DNA from: Octopus sinensis
Taxonomy: Eukaryota
DNA length: 64,000 bases
Assembly (NCBI RefSeq): GCF_006345805.1
Contig: NC_043008.1
Location: 71,610,001-71,674,000 of the forward strand
Direction of reading: 5' to 3'
Below are positions 40,387-55,021 of this stretch, one piece after another. Under the pieces are notes generated by a model, which was not told the origin of the DNA, searched no databases, and saw only the letters and a list, made by a program, of their open reading frames with translations. Each line of letters begins with the position of its first letter. Position 1 is the stretch's first letter. Position numbers and translations under genes: made by a program.

Positions 40387-40619
40387 ACTTTTTCTATTCC
40401 CGAGCGTTATACTAATACATCTGTTTGTTTTGTACACCACCTGTCTTCGTGTTTTGTTTTTTTCGTAAACTCTCCCTATATATATATATATTATTATATA
40501 TATATATATATATATGGAGATTATATATTATATATATAAGGCAGTTATATATATATATATATATATGGCAGTTATATATATATATATATATATATAATAT
40601 AGGCAGCAGTACTGGGTAT

Positions 40620-40830
40620 TAATAATTATCGCCAAGCTAACATGGCAGTCCAGAAGAATAGGGACGAGTGCTGCCGTTGATTAGCTCCAAGCCATCGCCT
40701 CTAGCCAGCTATGTGACACACAAGCCTTTGTCCATTACAAATTACGACTTTCGGCCAGGAGAGTACATCACCTTCCTCATGCTGGTTGAAGCGTCCACTG
40801 ACTACTTTCGGGGTATTTGGCCTGTATCGA
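40620..40830 (-). mobile_element. Possible RTE-clade LINE extreme 3' end
   Basis: Frameshifted DVLS-LAESRNL-W..LVCHIAG resembles RTE C-termini. Short UTR then AAT-like tail. Confidence 0.35.
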
Positions 40831-42103
40831 TCCACATTGATAGATTAACTTCATTCTCATGTATTAACGTTTTTTTAAAATATACACCACACTAAGTATT
40901 GTTTTAAACCGTCAGGTCATATCTTAATTCAAATATAGCCATGCCTGTCGATTGGACATTTCTGTACAATTTTTGCCCTACGTGACTTATTTGGAGTTTG
41001 AATTTCTAATCTTTCAACTCATTTATAGAGAGAACATCTTTGAAAACTCTTCTACTTATATTTTCAAATAATTGTTGTACCATTTAGTTATACGTAATAC
41101 ATAACTGACCTCACCTTCCTTTTTCTCATAAGGATAAATATGAATCTCCTAGCTTCTATTCTGCTATTTCCTTTCTCAAGCTAGTTTTATGAAAATTTTG
41201 CTTATACTTCTTGCACTGAAGAGTACATTGATATATAATTAATTTAATTTAATTCAATTCAACCATAAATTTGTATGATTTTTATATCTCTCTAATGAAC
41301 GACCGTCTGAATGAATTAAAATTCTTTTATATATTTCAACACCTTCTCTTCTCCATTTTTGACTAAATTGTTCAGTTCCTTTCCATAAATTCGCAATGCA
41401 TAAAATACAAGTATTATTTTCATATTCGCAAATTTATGCCAGTAAACTACCAACCAAATATGAAAGATCATTATTAGAAATCTCTTTTGGATACCACCAA
41501 AATAAAGGACGAATCTAAATTCAACCATTTTACACCTATATATATATATATATTATATATATATATATATATATACATTTAAATATTTGTTGTGCAAGAT
41601 TTGAAGTCGTGTGTTGAAACAGAATAAACAAAAATAAGAATAAACAAAAACAAACAACAAACAACAAAAAACAAAAAAAAGCAAAACAAAGAACAAAAAA
41701 CAAAATACAAATTACATGAACATATAAAATTACAAATTACATGAACATATATAAACAGAAGATACAAATGTTACAGGCATCCCCCACATACACACACTAA
41801 ATAAACATAAACGCACATAGAGATATAAGCATGCGCAAATGAAGACGTACAATAGAAATACAAAATGGCTGACGGTTAGTAAGGAGAGACACAAATAAGT
41901 GAGAAGAAAACAAAGGACCAGTGATGCGGTCACAGGAGTGTGACGAAAGAACTCTGGCCGAAATAAGATTAAGATTAATGTAAAAAATAAATAACACTGA
42001 AGCAAAGTAACACCAAATATATAGTGCGTGTGTTTTTATTGGCTAACTGGCAAAATGACCTTCCGAAAATTCCGAAATACATATATATATATATATATAT
42101 ATA

Positions 42104-42277
42104 GCGCAGGAGTGGCTGTGTGGTAAGTAGCTTGCTAACCAACCACACGGTTGCGGGTTCAGTCCCACTGCGTGGCATCTTGGGCAAGTGTCTTCTGCTA
42201 TAGCCTCGGGCCGACCAATGCCTTGTGAGTGGATTTGGTAGACAGAAACTGAAAGAAGCCTGTCGTATATATGTATA

Positions 42278-42352
<75 letters not shown>

Positions 42353-42571
42353 GTATGTGTGCATGTGTTTGTGTGTTTGTCCCCCTAGCATTGCTTGACA
42401 ACCGATGCTGGTGTGTTTACGTCCCCGTCACTTAGCGGTTCGGCAAAAGAGACCGATAGAATAAGTACTGGGCTTACAAAGAATAAGTTCCGGGGTCGAT
42501 TTGGTCGACTGAAGGCGTTGCTCCAGCATGGCCGCAGTCAAATGACTGAAACAAGTAGAAGAGTAAAAGAG
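42104..42571 (+). mobile_element. tRNA-derived SINE (family 1), full length with internal (TA)n
   Basis: A-box-like tggctgtgtggtaag, B-box-like gggttcagtccc, body and aagagtaaaagag tail. Confidence 0.92.
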
Positions 42572-42602
<31 letters not shown>

Positions 42603-42629
42603 TATTATATATATATATATATATATATA

Positions 42630-42940
42630 GGCGCAGGAGTGGCTGTGTGGTAAGTAGCTTGCTAACCAACCTCATAGTTCCGGGTTCAGTGGTATATATG
42701 AAGCCTGTCGTATATATGTACATATGTATGTGTGTGTGTTTGTGTGTCTGTGTTTGTTCCCTTAGCATTGCTTGAAACCGATGCTGGTGTGTTTACGTCC
42801 CCGTCACTTAGCGGTTCGGCAAAAAGGGACCAATAGAATAAGTACTGGGCTTGTAAAAAAATAAGTCCCGCGGTCGATTTGCTCGACTAAAGGTGGTGCT
42901 CCAGCAAGGCCGCAGTCAAATGACTGAAACAAGTAAAAGA
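42630..42940 (+). mobile_element. SINE family 1, tandem second copy with internal deletion
   Basis: Jumps from gggttcagt to the aagcctgtcgtatata block, then a complete 3' half. Confidence 0.9.
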
Positions 42941-44277
42941 ATATATATATGGACATTTCTACACAAGACGATGGTATTACTGCAAAGAAGGTTCATCTAC
43001 GTATTAGTATATAATTTACCTATTATTTGTAGGTTTAATCCCACGATAGAAATATGCTATTAGATTTCATAAAGGATTTCGTGTGGAAATATAATTAATA
43101 AAAGAAGATAGATTGATGCTTGGGCTATTTTACTTTAGATATCATTTCCTAGATTCATTGTTAAATTATTTGAATTCTTCTGAAATTCTCACAGCATCAG
43201 TACTATGACATTGACATTCCTATGTCATTTCTTAATTACATCTGGTTTTGTGCTAAGATACTTCATGTAAAAGGAGATGATTTGTATTAGAAAGTTCTTC
43301 CACAAATATCACTATTCTTTGTTCTATTATTTGCGGATTCGTCCTTTTCTGGGTGCAACAGTGTAGTATAATATATTGTAAGTGAATTCATGAAGAAATT
43401 TAAACATATATGGAAAATCATTTACAATGAATATATTCATTTTATTATGATAGACTAGCTATTTTGATCGTGCTTCGCTCGGGTTTTGGTGGTGGTGTTG
43501 TTTTGTGCGTGTTGTCTCCTTTTCCCTTTCTTCTTTTGTTCGTCTTCTTTGCCTGGTTCTTTTTATTGCCCTCTTCTTTACCCTCATTTCCCAAAACTCC
43601 CAAACTTTTACACTTACAATTAAAGATAACCGCCTCTAGCCTCCGCAGCAACACAAAAAGCCACCATTATTCAAATAGCGCAACCTGCTTATCCCATAAA
43701 ACTCAATTTTTCCCATATTCCTCACCATGGCAAACAAACGGGAGCCCCGAGCGACTTGCAACCCTCCTCACACCAATGGCCACCCCATCGTACCTCCATT
43801 GTAAATTCTGGCGCCAATCTAACCCCATCTACTGTTCCCATCCCATAATCAGAAAACTAACCAAGAAATTAAACAACACTTTCGCATTTCAGCTTTATAG
43901 ATATTGATAAATATTTTATTAAAATAGATAAGCAGTATTATAGTTCGAAAATTTTAAGTACTATGCTACCTTGAGATTTATTCAGAAGTATGTGGCTTAT
44001 TAATACATTTGAATGAAGAGTTAATATGAGATTACGGTCAGTACCAAATGTACTTTAGTTGTGCAATATTTTCTCCAATTTAACTTGATTATTTACTACG
44101 AAGAATATCAATGGAGTTGACTTGTACATATTCGTTTAACTGTTTGTATCGAGTAACACAGCTAAAACAAATTCCTATGTATAATGAATATGAATAAACA
44201 TATACAAATACCACACATCTATGCAGACATGTATGTGTATTGTGTGTGAGTGTTTGTACGCGCGTACATATATATAT

Positions 44278-44322
<45 letters not shown>

Positions 44323-44960
44323 TATATATATGTATACACACATATATATGTATATATTTACAGGCACATACATTTATATTTAAGTGTATATGCATATCTA
44401 TGTTATATTTATGTGTGTGTGCTTGTGCGTGTAGGTTTGGTTGGCTGTGTTTTTGTGTACGTGTATAAACACATGAAAGATTCGGTTCTCTTGTAAAATC
44501 TCAGAATGACGGTGTGTTATTTTATGAGTGAATAATAAAAGTCATCAGTGGTAAGGCCATATATCTGGCCGTAGAGAATTGTTCAGCCATATAGCGTAAC
44601 GCTTTGGTACGGAGATAGTACCACAATGACATATGCATACGTAGTTACCGATACTATACTTACTCACATAGGCGCGAAAACATATCTGAAGGAACTGTTG
44701 AATATCTAAGAAAGAAGTGTAACTTAAACAATTGCAGAATATAACAAGGGTAAATGTGTATGAACGTCCATTCCTATACATCCATAAATGTGTATATATG
44801 TGTTCATGAACACACATATGACTATTCGTGTGTGATTGCATTTATGGTCACATATACTCACACAATGACATTCATGTAATAGCTCTTACACGTACTCGTA
44901 GATATGAAAATACTTGCAAACAGATATATGCATAAATATGCATAATTATACAGAGATAGA

Positions 44961-45080
44961 CATACAGTAATACGTATGCGAAAGAACATGTATATATATA
45001 ATTCATTAAGCGAGCATATCCATACAGTAATACGTATGCGAAAGAACATGTATATATATAATTCATTAAGCGAGCATATC
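44961..45080. repeat. Perfect 60-bp tandem duplication
   Basis: 44961-45020 is identical to 45021-45080. Confidence 0.95.
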
Positions 45081-45202
45081 CATACATGTTATAATAATAC
45101 ATATTAAAAATGTTCATTTATACAGGTATGTATGTACGTGCATATATATGTGTATATGCATGTATATATATATAATAAATATATACATGTACATATATGT
45201 AT

Positions 45203-45302
45203 NNNNNNNNNNNNNNNNNNNNNNNNNNNNNNNNNNNNNNNNNNNNNNNNNNNNNNNNNNNNNNNNNNNNNNNNNNNNNNNNNNNNNNNNNNNNNNNNNN
45301 NN
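45203..45302. other. Assembly gap (100 N)
   Basis: Run of N. Sequence on the two sides may not be contiguous. Confidence 1.
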
Positions 45303-47223
45303 AATTATAAAACAATTATAAATAAGGGGAAAAGAATATTTCTACGCCAATATGATGAAAAATATACTGTAGATCGTTTAACCACATACAATATTTTCCC
45401 CTATAACTATATAACGTGTTCAAAGATAACAAATTTTAAAATTTCCGTTATCTCCGAATCGGACAGATTTCTGAATTTCTGGATTGATCCAAACGGATTT
45501 TTCCTTCATCAGCGAGGAACACAATAAGAATAAATGGAATACTTACATATATCCATGGGAAAAGCAGATGTATAGTCATACGTACATTTGAGTACCCCAA
45601 ATACATCTAAACAGAAATTCTGTAGCAAGCCTCAACACGCGTTTAGCCGGTCAGGAAACTCACATAAAGTGGTTACCAGTCCCGAAGTGAATGATAATAA
45701 ATTTACTACTAAAATAAGGATAAAATCTTTCAAAAATATCTTATCAGTGACCAGCATATTAAAATATCTTTTAAGGTGCTCACGCGTGTTGTTTACGTCA
45801 TAGAGTTTTAGAAATTATTGATTATTACCGTAAATAAAGCTATACATAATCCCACGTAAATTGTGATTTAAAAAATCTTTTTTCTGTGTAAAAGGTTTTC
45901 TTTTTAACTCCATACGTCCGTGTTCCTCTTTATAGCTTTATCTACTTGGATTTCTACAGTTAAGAACCATCCGTAAAAGCACATACACAAAACGGCGCTC
46001 AGATATATACATATGTCCAATGGCGAACTGGCCAGTATGCCAGCTTGCCCGATGGCAAATGGACCCTGCGCCATTAGAATCCATATATCGGAGACCATGT
46101 TAGTATCTAAGGGGCACATCCTTTCAAGTCTGAGAATTTTTTATTCACTCTTGGAAGAATACATTAATTATTTCAGCCTGGCTGTGTTTGAAGACACTTG
46201 AAAATTATACTTTTAACAAAAAACAAAACAAAAGAAAACTAATAAAAAAAGCAAGAAAAAATGAAATGATAGCATTGTAGTTGCGGGTGTTCCCCCGTAT
46301 TCTCTTGGCATATGTCTATTGGTTTGGATCAGCCTTGTACAATGGTGAAAATATTCATTAGAACAATAGAATTAATTATTACCGAAAAGCGGAAGTGCAG
46401 AGTACATGTCTTATTTAACTTTTAAATTGATGATCTTGGAATCTACAAATGATTCTTTCTGTCTATTCAGAGAAGTCATACTGACAACTGAGCAGTTATC
46501 CGCATGGATCTTTGCTTTATTTCCATATACAAATGAATTTATCTAGTGAACACATTTCACGAGATAAACGAAGATATAATAAATATAAAATATTATCTTG
46601 CATTCTACTAATCAGCGGTATATATCAATGAATAAATTAATTAAAGTCGTTAACCACAGGGGAGTGAATGATTAAGTTTCCTGTTTAATATTTCCTTTTA
46701 ATATTTTGTATTTGTCTGGCTTCTAAGATACACAATAGTGAAATGCTAAGCACATGTATACGGAGACATACATATGCATTTACACATAGACAATCATATT
46801 TACATGCATATATTTGTATGTGAGTGTGTAGGTGTGTGTGTGTGTGTGTATCTATATATAAGTATGTGTACGTTAACTGAGATGAAAGAAAGGCAGCTGC
46901 GTGTTCAATATATGTTGCACAGCATATAGTTTAGTGTAACTGAAAAATTTGCGTAGGACGTGAGTTTGTTACCTGAAATTCATAGTTGTGAATTTGATTG
47001 CAGCGGGTAACATTCAATTTCAAGCGATTTGTGTATACATACATACATACATGAAACATATATACAGACATACATAAATATATACTTACATACATGCATA
47101 TATACATAAATACGTACATTCATATATATATATATATATTATAATATATATATTTATATATATATATGTGTGTTTGTGTCTAGAGAGAGAGAGGAGAGAG
47201 AGAGAGAGGAGAAAGAGAGGAGA

Positions 47224-47470
47224 GAGGCGCGTGGCTTAGTGGTTAGAGTGTCAGCATCATGATCGTAATATTGTGATTTCGATTCCTGGACCGGACGACG
47301 CGTTGCGTTCTTGAGCAAAACACTTCATTTCACGTTGCTGCAGTCCACTCAGCTGGAAAAAATAAGTAACGCTGCAATGGACTGGGGTCCTGTCGAGGTG
47401 GGGAACACATACGCCATTAAACCGGGAAACCGGGCCCATGAGCCTGGCTAGGCTTTAAAAATACGCATTT
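47224..47470 (+). mobile_element. tRNA-derived SINE (family 3), first of a tandem pair
   Basis: A box tggcttagtggttag, B box gatttcgattcct, 3' end gagcctggctaggctttaaaa. Confidence 0.92.
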
Positions 47471-47473
47471 AGT

Positions 47474-47720
47474 GGAGGCGCGTGGCTTACTGGTTAGGGT
47501 GTCAGCATCATGATCGTAAGACTGTGGTTTCGATTCTTGGACCGGACGACGCACTGTGTTCTTCAGCAAAATACTTCATTTCACGTTGCTCCAGTCCACT
47601 CAGCTGGCAAAAATGAGTAACGCTGTGATGAACTGGCGTCCCGTCCAGCTAGGGAATACATACGCCATAGAAACCGGGAAACTGGGCCCATGAGCCTGGT
47701 TAGGCTTTAAAAGGGCGCTT
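47474..47720 (+). mobile_element. tRNA-derived SINE (family 3), second of a tandem pair
   Basis: Colinear with 47224-47470. TTA tail. Confidence 0.92.
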
Positions 47721-47733
47721 TATTATTTATTAT

Positions 47734-47779
<46 letters not shown>

Positions 47780-47809
47780 ACATACATATACAGTACATAG
47801 TCACAAAAA

Positions 47810-48227
47810 GCCATAACACACACATACACACTTAGACATTAACATACAAGGAGACAGAGGCACATGCATACACACACATAAAAACACACAAACAAGAACA
47901 AACAAACAAATAAATATGCAGAATACATACATACAAACGTACACACATACATATATACATACGCATACACACATACATGCATACGCACACTTATATGCAT
48001 GCATGCATGCAAGCATGCATACATACATACTGACCCACACACACACACGCACAAACAAACAAAAAGAACGCAGCTTGAATAACGGATAGAGTCAATAACT
48101 ATTTAAAAGGTTGCAAGGCGCAACGAAAATTTTAGAAAAAAACAGTAAAAGAGTGGAAATTTTAACTGTGTGTGTGTTAAATCTGAATCACTGAAAGAGA
48201 ATGACTCTCCCCAGACAGAGCAGTATA

Positions 48228-48232
<5 letters not shown>
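47810..48232 (+). mobile_element. PLE-like 3' terminal fragment, homolog of 61340-61745
   Basis: caaggagacagagg..tgaataacggata..aaaaggttgcaa..gcaacgaaaattttagaaaa..aagagaatgactctccc.agaca shared with 61380-61745. Confidence 0.7.
48099..48135 (+). ncRNA. Minimal hammerhead, U3-A8 variant with G5U
   Basis: cta TTTAAAA g GTTGC aaggc GCAAC GAA A AT T T tag. Confidence 0.5.
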
Positions 48233-48307
<75 letters not shown>

Positions 48308-48396
48308 GCATAGACACACAACTATTTCTATAGCACGTAGATATATTATACAAATACATACATGCATATTCACATATGTAGTTATATGTGTATATG

Positions 48397-48427
<31 letters not shown>

Positions 48428-48810
48428 ATATAAATATAAACATACATATATACATGTATATATATCACATGTATACAACTAAGTATGTGCATGGATACAC
48501 ATGTATGTATGTATATATATATATATGCATGTATGTATATATATATATATATACTTAATTATATATACCTAAAATAATTTATTATATATGTTGAAGCACA
48601 TGTACAATAAATGATGTAGAAGAAGCACGAAATCAATACAAGACATACGTGCATTCCGTTTATTTCTTTTTGTTTGTTCTTTTTTACTTTATATTTGTAT
48701 ATCAATTTTCTACAATGCTCATCTACTGTACGCACATAGACGCATTAATGCACCAACACACTCACATAAGCAAACACACAGAGTCACTCATATATCGATA
48801 CTGTTGTTGC

Positions 48811-48877
<67 letters not shown>

Positions 48878-49134
48878 GTCGTTGTTGTTTTCAACGTTAC
48901 TGTTATTATCGTTGTAATTTTATTATTGATATTGTTATCATAAACATGTTTCCTATAATGTCCTCATGTCCTCATATGTCATTCCCACCACTACCAACAC
49001 CACAACTCTGGTACCACTAGCGCCGACACCCCACCATAACTTCGATGACCTGTACCCTATTTAATAAATGTCCACCAGTTTTCTTTGATCGTTCCTTTTA
49101 ACACAAACAATAACCTATGTCCATTAAATAAACA

Positions 49135-49176
<42 letters not shown>

Positions 49177-50576
49177 GTATATATATATATACAACCACAC
49201 ACATAAGCATTTTCTTATTTCACCTTCCAATGTCATACTCCTCTTTCTGGTTCTCTCCTCTTATTGTTCTCTTCGTCCTTTTCTTTTTGTTTTTCTTCTC
49301 CCTCTTCGTCTTATTTCTTCTTCCTTTCTATATCTTCGTCTTTAGCACCACTATCATGGTCATCATCATGATCATCATCGTAATCACCACCCTCAACATC
49401 CTCAACATCATAACTCTCTCTCCTCGACCTTTTTCTATTCTGCCGTCAAGCTATTGCCTTTACTCTCTTATTTCACGTCCATCTGTCTTTCTCTCTCTCC
49501 TCCATCAGCCTCCTTAACCACCACAGTTATTTCATTAAACGCATTATTGTCTGTTACCATACCAAAACTTTCATTTGGTACAATTTCCATATATTTTCAT
49601 TTACCAAATACATTTTTTTACACTTAAAACTTTTATCACTCATTTCTTGAACTATAAGTGCATTACCTTACCTAATGCTAAATAATGTTCTCCCATGGGA
49701 AAACTTTAATCGAAAACTCTATTCAACTTACATTTAACGTAACTTTTGTATTGCAACTCTGCGTTATTGTCGTTGTTTTACTTCTTTTCCATTACTTTCA
49801 TCATTATTCTTATAATTATTATTTCTATTATTGTTCTTGTTATACTTCTTTTGATTCCTCCTTCTCCTCTTCATTTGCTTATTACGATTGTTATTATTAT
49901 CACTACTTTAACATTATTATCGCCAAAGTTTCTGTTGCTAGCCTTGGTTATTATTATTTTTATTATCAATATTGTTGTAGTTATCAGTTATTGCTGTTGC
50001 TGTCATTATCATTTTATTATTTTCGTTTGTTGCTTCTTTTATATTATTGTAAGATTGTCTTGTTATTTTGTTTTTTTTTTTGGTTTTCCTGTTTTAGTGT
50101 TTAATTTGTCTTTTTTCCTTTAATTCTCCCTGTAGATATTTGTTCATTTGACAAAACTTTAGCTTTAATGTATCTAAAGTTATTGATTGGAAGAAAACAT
50201 ATACAAACAGACATATACATACATGTAAACACACATACACACACACACCAGGACACAACATACCATCCACCCACATATATATATAGATTTATACACATGT
50301 ATATGTATACATGTATACTATATATGCGTGTATACGAAGAGAGAGAGAAAGTGGACACAGGGATATATATATATATATATATTCTATATATATATATATA
50401 TATATAAGCATATATGTAGACATATGATGTATATAGCGAGATAGGGAGAGGTGTGAAGAGAAAGATAAATTGTGCGTGCGTATGAATGTGTGTATATATA
50501 TATATATATTATATATATGTGTGTGTGTGTGGTGTGTTATGTGTTTATGTGTCGTGCGTGTATATATATGTGAATG

Positions 50577-50640
<64 letters not shown>

Positions 50641-51144
50641 CACATATATATGTACACATTCACAAATATGTATGTGTGTCTTAGTGCGTGTGCGTGTACC
50701 TTTATATATGCCTATACAGTCATGCACACACTCATGCACGCACGCACACACACACTCATGCACACACTTACACAAACTCACACAGACACACACTCATACC
50801 CACACACATACACTCACAAATTCCATTTTCATATTTTTACGATTTATTTTCCTTTCAGAATTATAATATTTTCTGATTGAAATCATTGGTGTTTTGGGTT
50901 TCTCCGTTCTTATTTTGTTATATTTTAAGGCACTACTGCTGTTGTTATCATTGTTGCTTGCAATGTTGTTGTTAATATTATTGCTAATGACGTTGCTTCT
51001 ATTAATATTTTTTTTATTGCATTAATATCTACTAATGTTCTGTGTATTGGCTGTTTCACTCCCTACACTTCTACACTTATTCACTCACTGTTCACCAAAC
51101 GCACGTGAATGCAGCATTCGGCCAGATTCAATTAATCAATTTAT

Positions 51145-51155
51145 TTCATTAAGTA

Positions 51156-51192
<37 letters not shown>

Positions 51193-51343
51193 AAGCTGAA
51201 AGAACCACCCCAAATAACACAAGTCTGAAATGTAATATAAAACTGGATGACGACGATGACGATGATGATGACGCTGACGACGATGATGAAGGTGAAGACG
51301 AGGATGATGACAATAATAACATCAACAACAAGAAGAAGACGAA

Positions 51344-51439
<96 letters not shown>

Positions 51440-51440
51440 A
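51145..51440. repeat. Compound trinucleotide microsatellites (AGT)n, (GAT/GAC)n, (AAT)n, (AAG)n
   Basis: Direct inspection. Confidence 0.95.
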
Positions 51441-52129
51441 TCAAAGCATTTGAAACCCTTAATTTAATATTTAATAGATAGTGTGTGTTGAAAGTCTTTC
51501 AGAAAATTCCTCTTGCAGTAATCTACTTTTGGAAAGACGGGAACTATATTTCAAGAACAAAACTAAGAGAAAACGAGAGCCAGATATATTTTTGTGCTTT
51601 TAGTTTTCAATATTCATAACATATTGTTAAACGTCATTGAACAAAAATAACATTCTTGAAATCTGTTGAAATTTGAACACTCATGTTATATGTACACATA
51701 TTCATCGTAGCTTTTAAAGTTGATTAAATTAGGCCAGTTGCAAGTTCGTAGCATGATGTCACCTGCAATATGATGTTGTACTACTTGATAAGTTCTATAA
51801 CTAGCAAATCGTTTAGTTCATCCAGCTATCTGTTTATTCACTATATTCAACTTCCTTGTGGTTAGTGTTCTATAGTTGTTTACTCTATTAGAGCATTCCT
51901 GACCAAATTATATTCACGGTTCCTTTTTATCATAAGGAACTAGAAATATAATTTTCCATTTATAATTTTTTATATAAGAAACTTCTATCTGCAGATTTTA
52001 AGTTACGGTTCAATGCAACAACAATTTAGTCCATATTTCTACGGGTTTGAAATGAGAACTCTTTGCTTCAGCATAAACTTAAGTTTTCCGTTGCAGTTAT
52101 TTTTCTTTTTAATTTAATTTGTTTTTAGT

Positions 52130-52540
52130 TTTGCTGTCCTCCCACACGCTTCAACAGTTCCACGCGAGCATGCCATCCATACCCTCCCCTGCTTGTTCGT
52201 AATTCGTCAACATTTGCCATTCCGTTGTTCTGAAGCAAGTTGTCCACAAAGTTTAGACGTTTTCTTCACTTGGTGATTCTTCCTTCAACTAACTACCATA
52301 AGACTAGTTAGCACAAAGTTTCTTCTTAGTGTCTGATGCTATGACCAGCAATTTTCATTCGTCTGTATTGAATCCACCCGCTCCCCTTATGTAGATCTTG
52401 ATAAGGCTGCTCGTTTGTTAAATGAGCTCTCCAAGTAACATTCAGAACCAATGTTAATATTCTTCTGTTGATATGATGTCTGGATACTCGTTTATACCCA
52501 GACATAAGCTGATTGCATTAGGTCTCTAGTCCTGCTGGGT
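52130..52540 (-). mobile_element. Degraded RTE-clade LINE 3' fragment
   Basis: RILTLVLNVTWRAHLTNEQPYQDL..IQYRRMKIAGHSIRH*EE..LVLW*LVEGR..RLNFVDNLLQ..DELRT..W. Multiple stops. Confidence 0.75.
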
Positions 52541-52929
52541 TTTATAGTAACATCTATATGCAAAACATTACCTCGAAGTCTGTTTGTATGAAAAGCAACG
52601 ATTGAAACATGTGAAAAAATAAACAAATAAAAGGATATTGATATCAATCACTTTTGAAAACAAAAGCAAAAACACAGTTCAGTAACTATATGAGTAGACA
52701 ACGTTATCTAGATTCATTTATGAACATTTTCAATAACATCACTGGCACTACCAGATTCCCCAAAAATTGCTGAATATATCCCCATATATCAATCGCCGAA
52801 GAGACGAAGTGTTCTTCCTCATTAGTTATAGTATTTATAATGATTTACTATATATATATAATATATATATTATATATATTATATATATATATATATAATA
52901 TAAATATATTACATATATATAAATTCCTC

Positions 52930-53705
52930 ACTAAAACAACCATACTCTCTTCCTTCAGGGGAACCGGTCACATCCTCCAACAATATCAGAGACCTGGGTG
53001 TAATTGTTGATGACGATCTCAGTTGGAGTGCACACATCAACAAGAAGATCGATATAGCTCGTAGGATGAGTTCCTGGATCTTAAGAACTTTCCGGTCCAG
53101 AGAACAAGGTCACACTTTGTACGGCCACACCTTGAATACTGCTGCCCACTGTGGTCTCCCCATACAAGACAAAACATCTCCAGGATTGAGTCACCACAGA
53201 GGGCTCTCACTAAACGAATTGAAGGCATGGCTGCTCTCGATCGCCTTAAAGCCTTGAAACTTTACTCCCTCCAGCGTCGCCGTGAGCGGTACATCATTTG
53301 TACGATGTGGGAAATATACCGCCAACTTTGCCCAAACGACTTTAACATTAGCTTCAAGGTTCATCCAAGACTGGGACCACGGGCCATACGTCCTCTGTCC
53401 AATTCAAGATCACAACATACATGTACACTGCAACATAATTTCTTTTCCTCAACAGGCCCAGCCCTATTTAACATTGTCCTGAAGGAGATCAAAGAAGAAA
53501 AGGATCCCATCAACTTTAAACGGTGTATGGATAGATTCCTTCAAAGAATACCAGATAAGCCACCCATTATTGGATACAACTCACCCAACAAGAACTCACT
53601 ACTTGAACAAAACTTGACTTAAACAGGATTCGAATAATCCTATCAGGTGGTGCTATTAAGTTAGACATGGCCTGGACCAATCTTTGGTCGAAACATATCT
53701 AAGTT
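52930..53705 (+). mobile_element. CR1/L2-group LINE 3' fragment, frameshifted
   Basis: IRDLGVIVDDDLSWSAHINK..SWILRTF; V-RPHLEYCCPLWSP in another frame; RLKALKLYSLQRRRERY..FNIV..FKRCMDRFL..IPDKP. 3' UTR stem-loop gacc-aatcttt-ggtc. Confidence 0.88.
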
Positions 53706-53802
53706 ATCTTCTTCCCTTTTTTCCTGAGCGCCTAATAATACTTTAATTGTTCCACCTCTTTGCGTTGTTGTCTTTTTGTTTTCTTGTTTGGATTAACTTT
53801 AT
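53706..53802 (+). mobile_element. PLE-like terminal tail lacking its HHR
   Basis: ttcctgagcg..taatac..tgttccacct..tttgtttt resembles the tails downstream of the HHRs at 13082 and 40386. Confidence 0.45.
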
Positions 53803-54977
53803 ATATATATATTAAAATATATATATAGTAATATATATATATATATATATATATAATAGGGAGAGAGAGAGAGAGGTAGATAGATTGCTAGACAAACAGA
53901 CAGGTAGAGTAATAGATGATAAATTATACACGTTTTTGTTTGATATATTCATGGAAACAGTACTGATAGCCCTATAACATTGGTTAAGAATCCCGGACAC
54001 TGACGATGGTTATTTATATACAGACAGGACTGTATTTTGATTACTTTGATAACTACACCGTAAAGATAATGAAAATGTGTACGCGTTGATTATATAGAGA
54101 AATGTCGCCGGTAAAAATAGATTAGATAGACACAATGAGTATATATTGATTATATAGATTGATACCGATTGAATATATATTTGTGCCATACCTTTATAAA
54201 CAATTTTTAATATATACTGGAAAGAGATATCTTCTGAGATGAATTTTACAACTACAGTTTTTAAAAGTAAGCAGATCAGAGAAAGTTAATGCATCTATGT
54301 TGAAAATATGCAAAATAGAGTGTAATTCCGAAATCCTAATATAGCGGAATTCACATTTCAAGTACTGCCGTCTGTCTATTCTGCGAGACCTGTTTTATAC
54401 ACGTTGTACATGCTTCAGTACCTATATTTCTAGACAATAATTATTCTATTTCAAGCAATTCAGCTAAACTAGATTAGCAGTATAAGTTTATCATATTAAG
54501 GAGTTTTAATGCAAAACACGGGCATAAAGTCATATAAAAGAATCATAAAACTAAAGCGATTGAAACAAAACTAAATTTTATTATGTTTTATATTTTAGGT
54601 ATATATCTAGCAAGTATGTCGAAATTGATAATTATCTTAATTTATATAAACAGCCAACTCTTTAAGTATAGTACATATGCTCGCATTCATTATACCAAAC
54701 ACTAGACAAAGAGCAAATTATGAGCATGACAATATATTGAGACATCTATTTGTGCTTATACGTATATACATACATAAAATTTGATCATTAAACACAAACG
54801 CACACACATATTAGTGTGTATGTGTGTGTGCTGGAATATGAACATATATATATATACACGTGTGTGTATATACATATTCATATGTATCTATGTTTCTCCC
54901 TCATTTTGTCGTTCTCTTTCTCCCTACCTCTCTGTCTGTATGTCTGTCTCTCTGTCTCTCTCTCTCTCTCTGTGTAT

Positions 54978-55021
<44 letters not shown>

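Noticed and set aside
45312-45527. Stop-free frame after the gap and a CTGATGA..GAAA motif on the minus strand
   Set aside because: The start matches the end of the 11690-12710 repeat, so it is not an exon. HHR stem I is only 2 bp.
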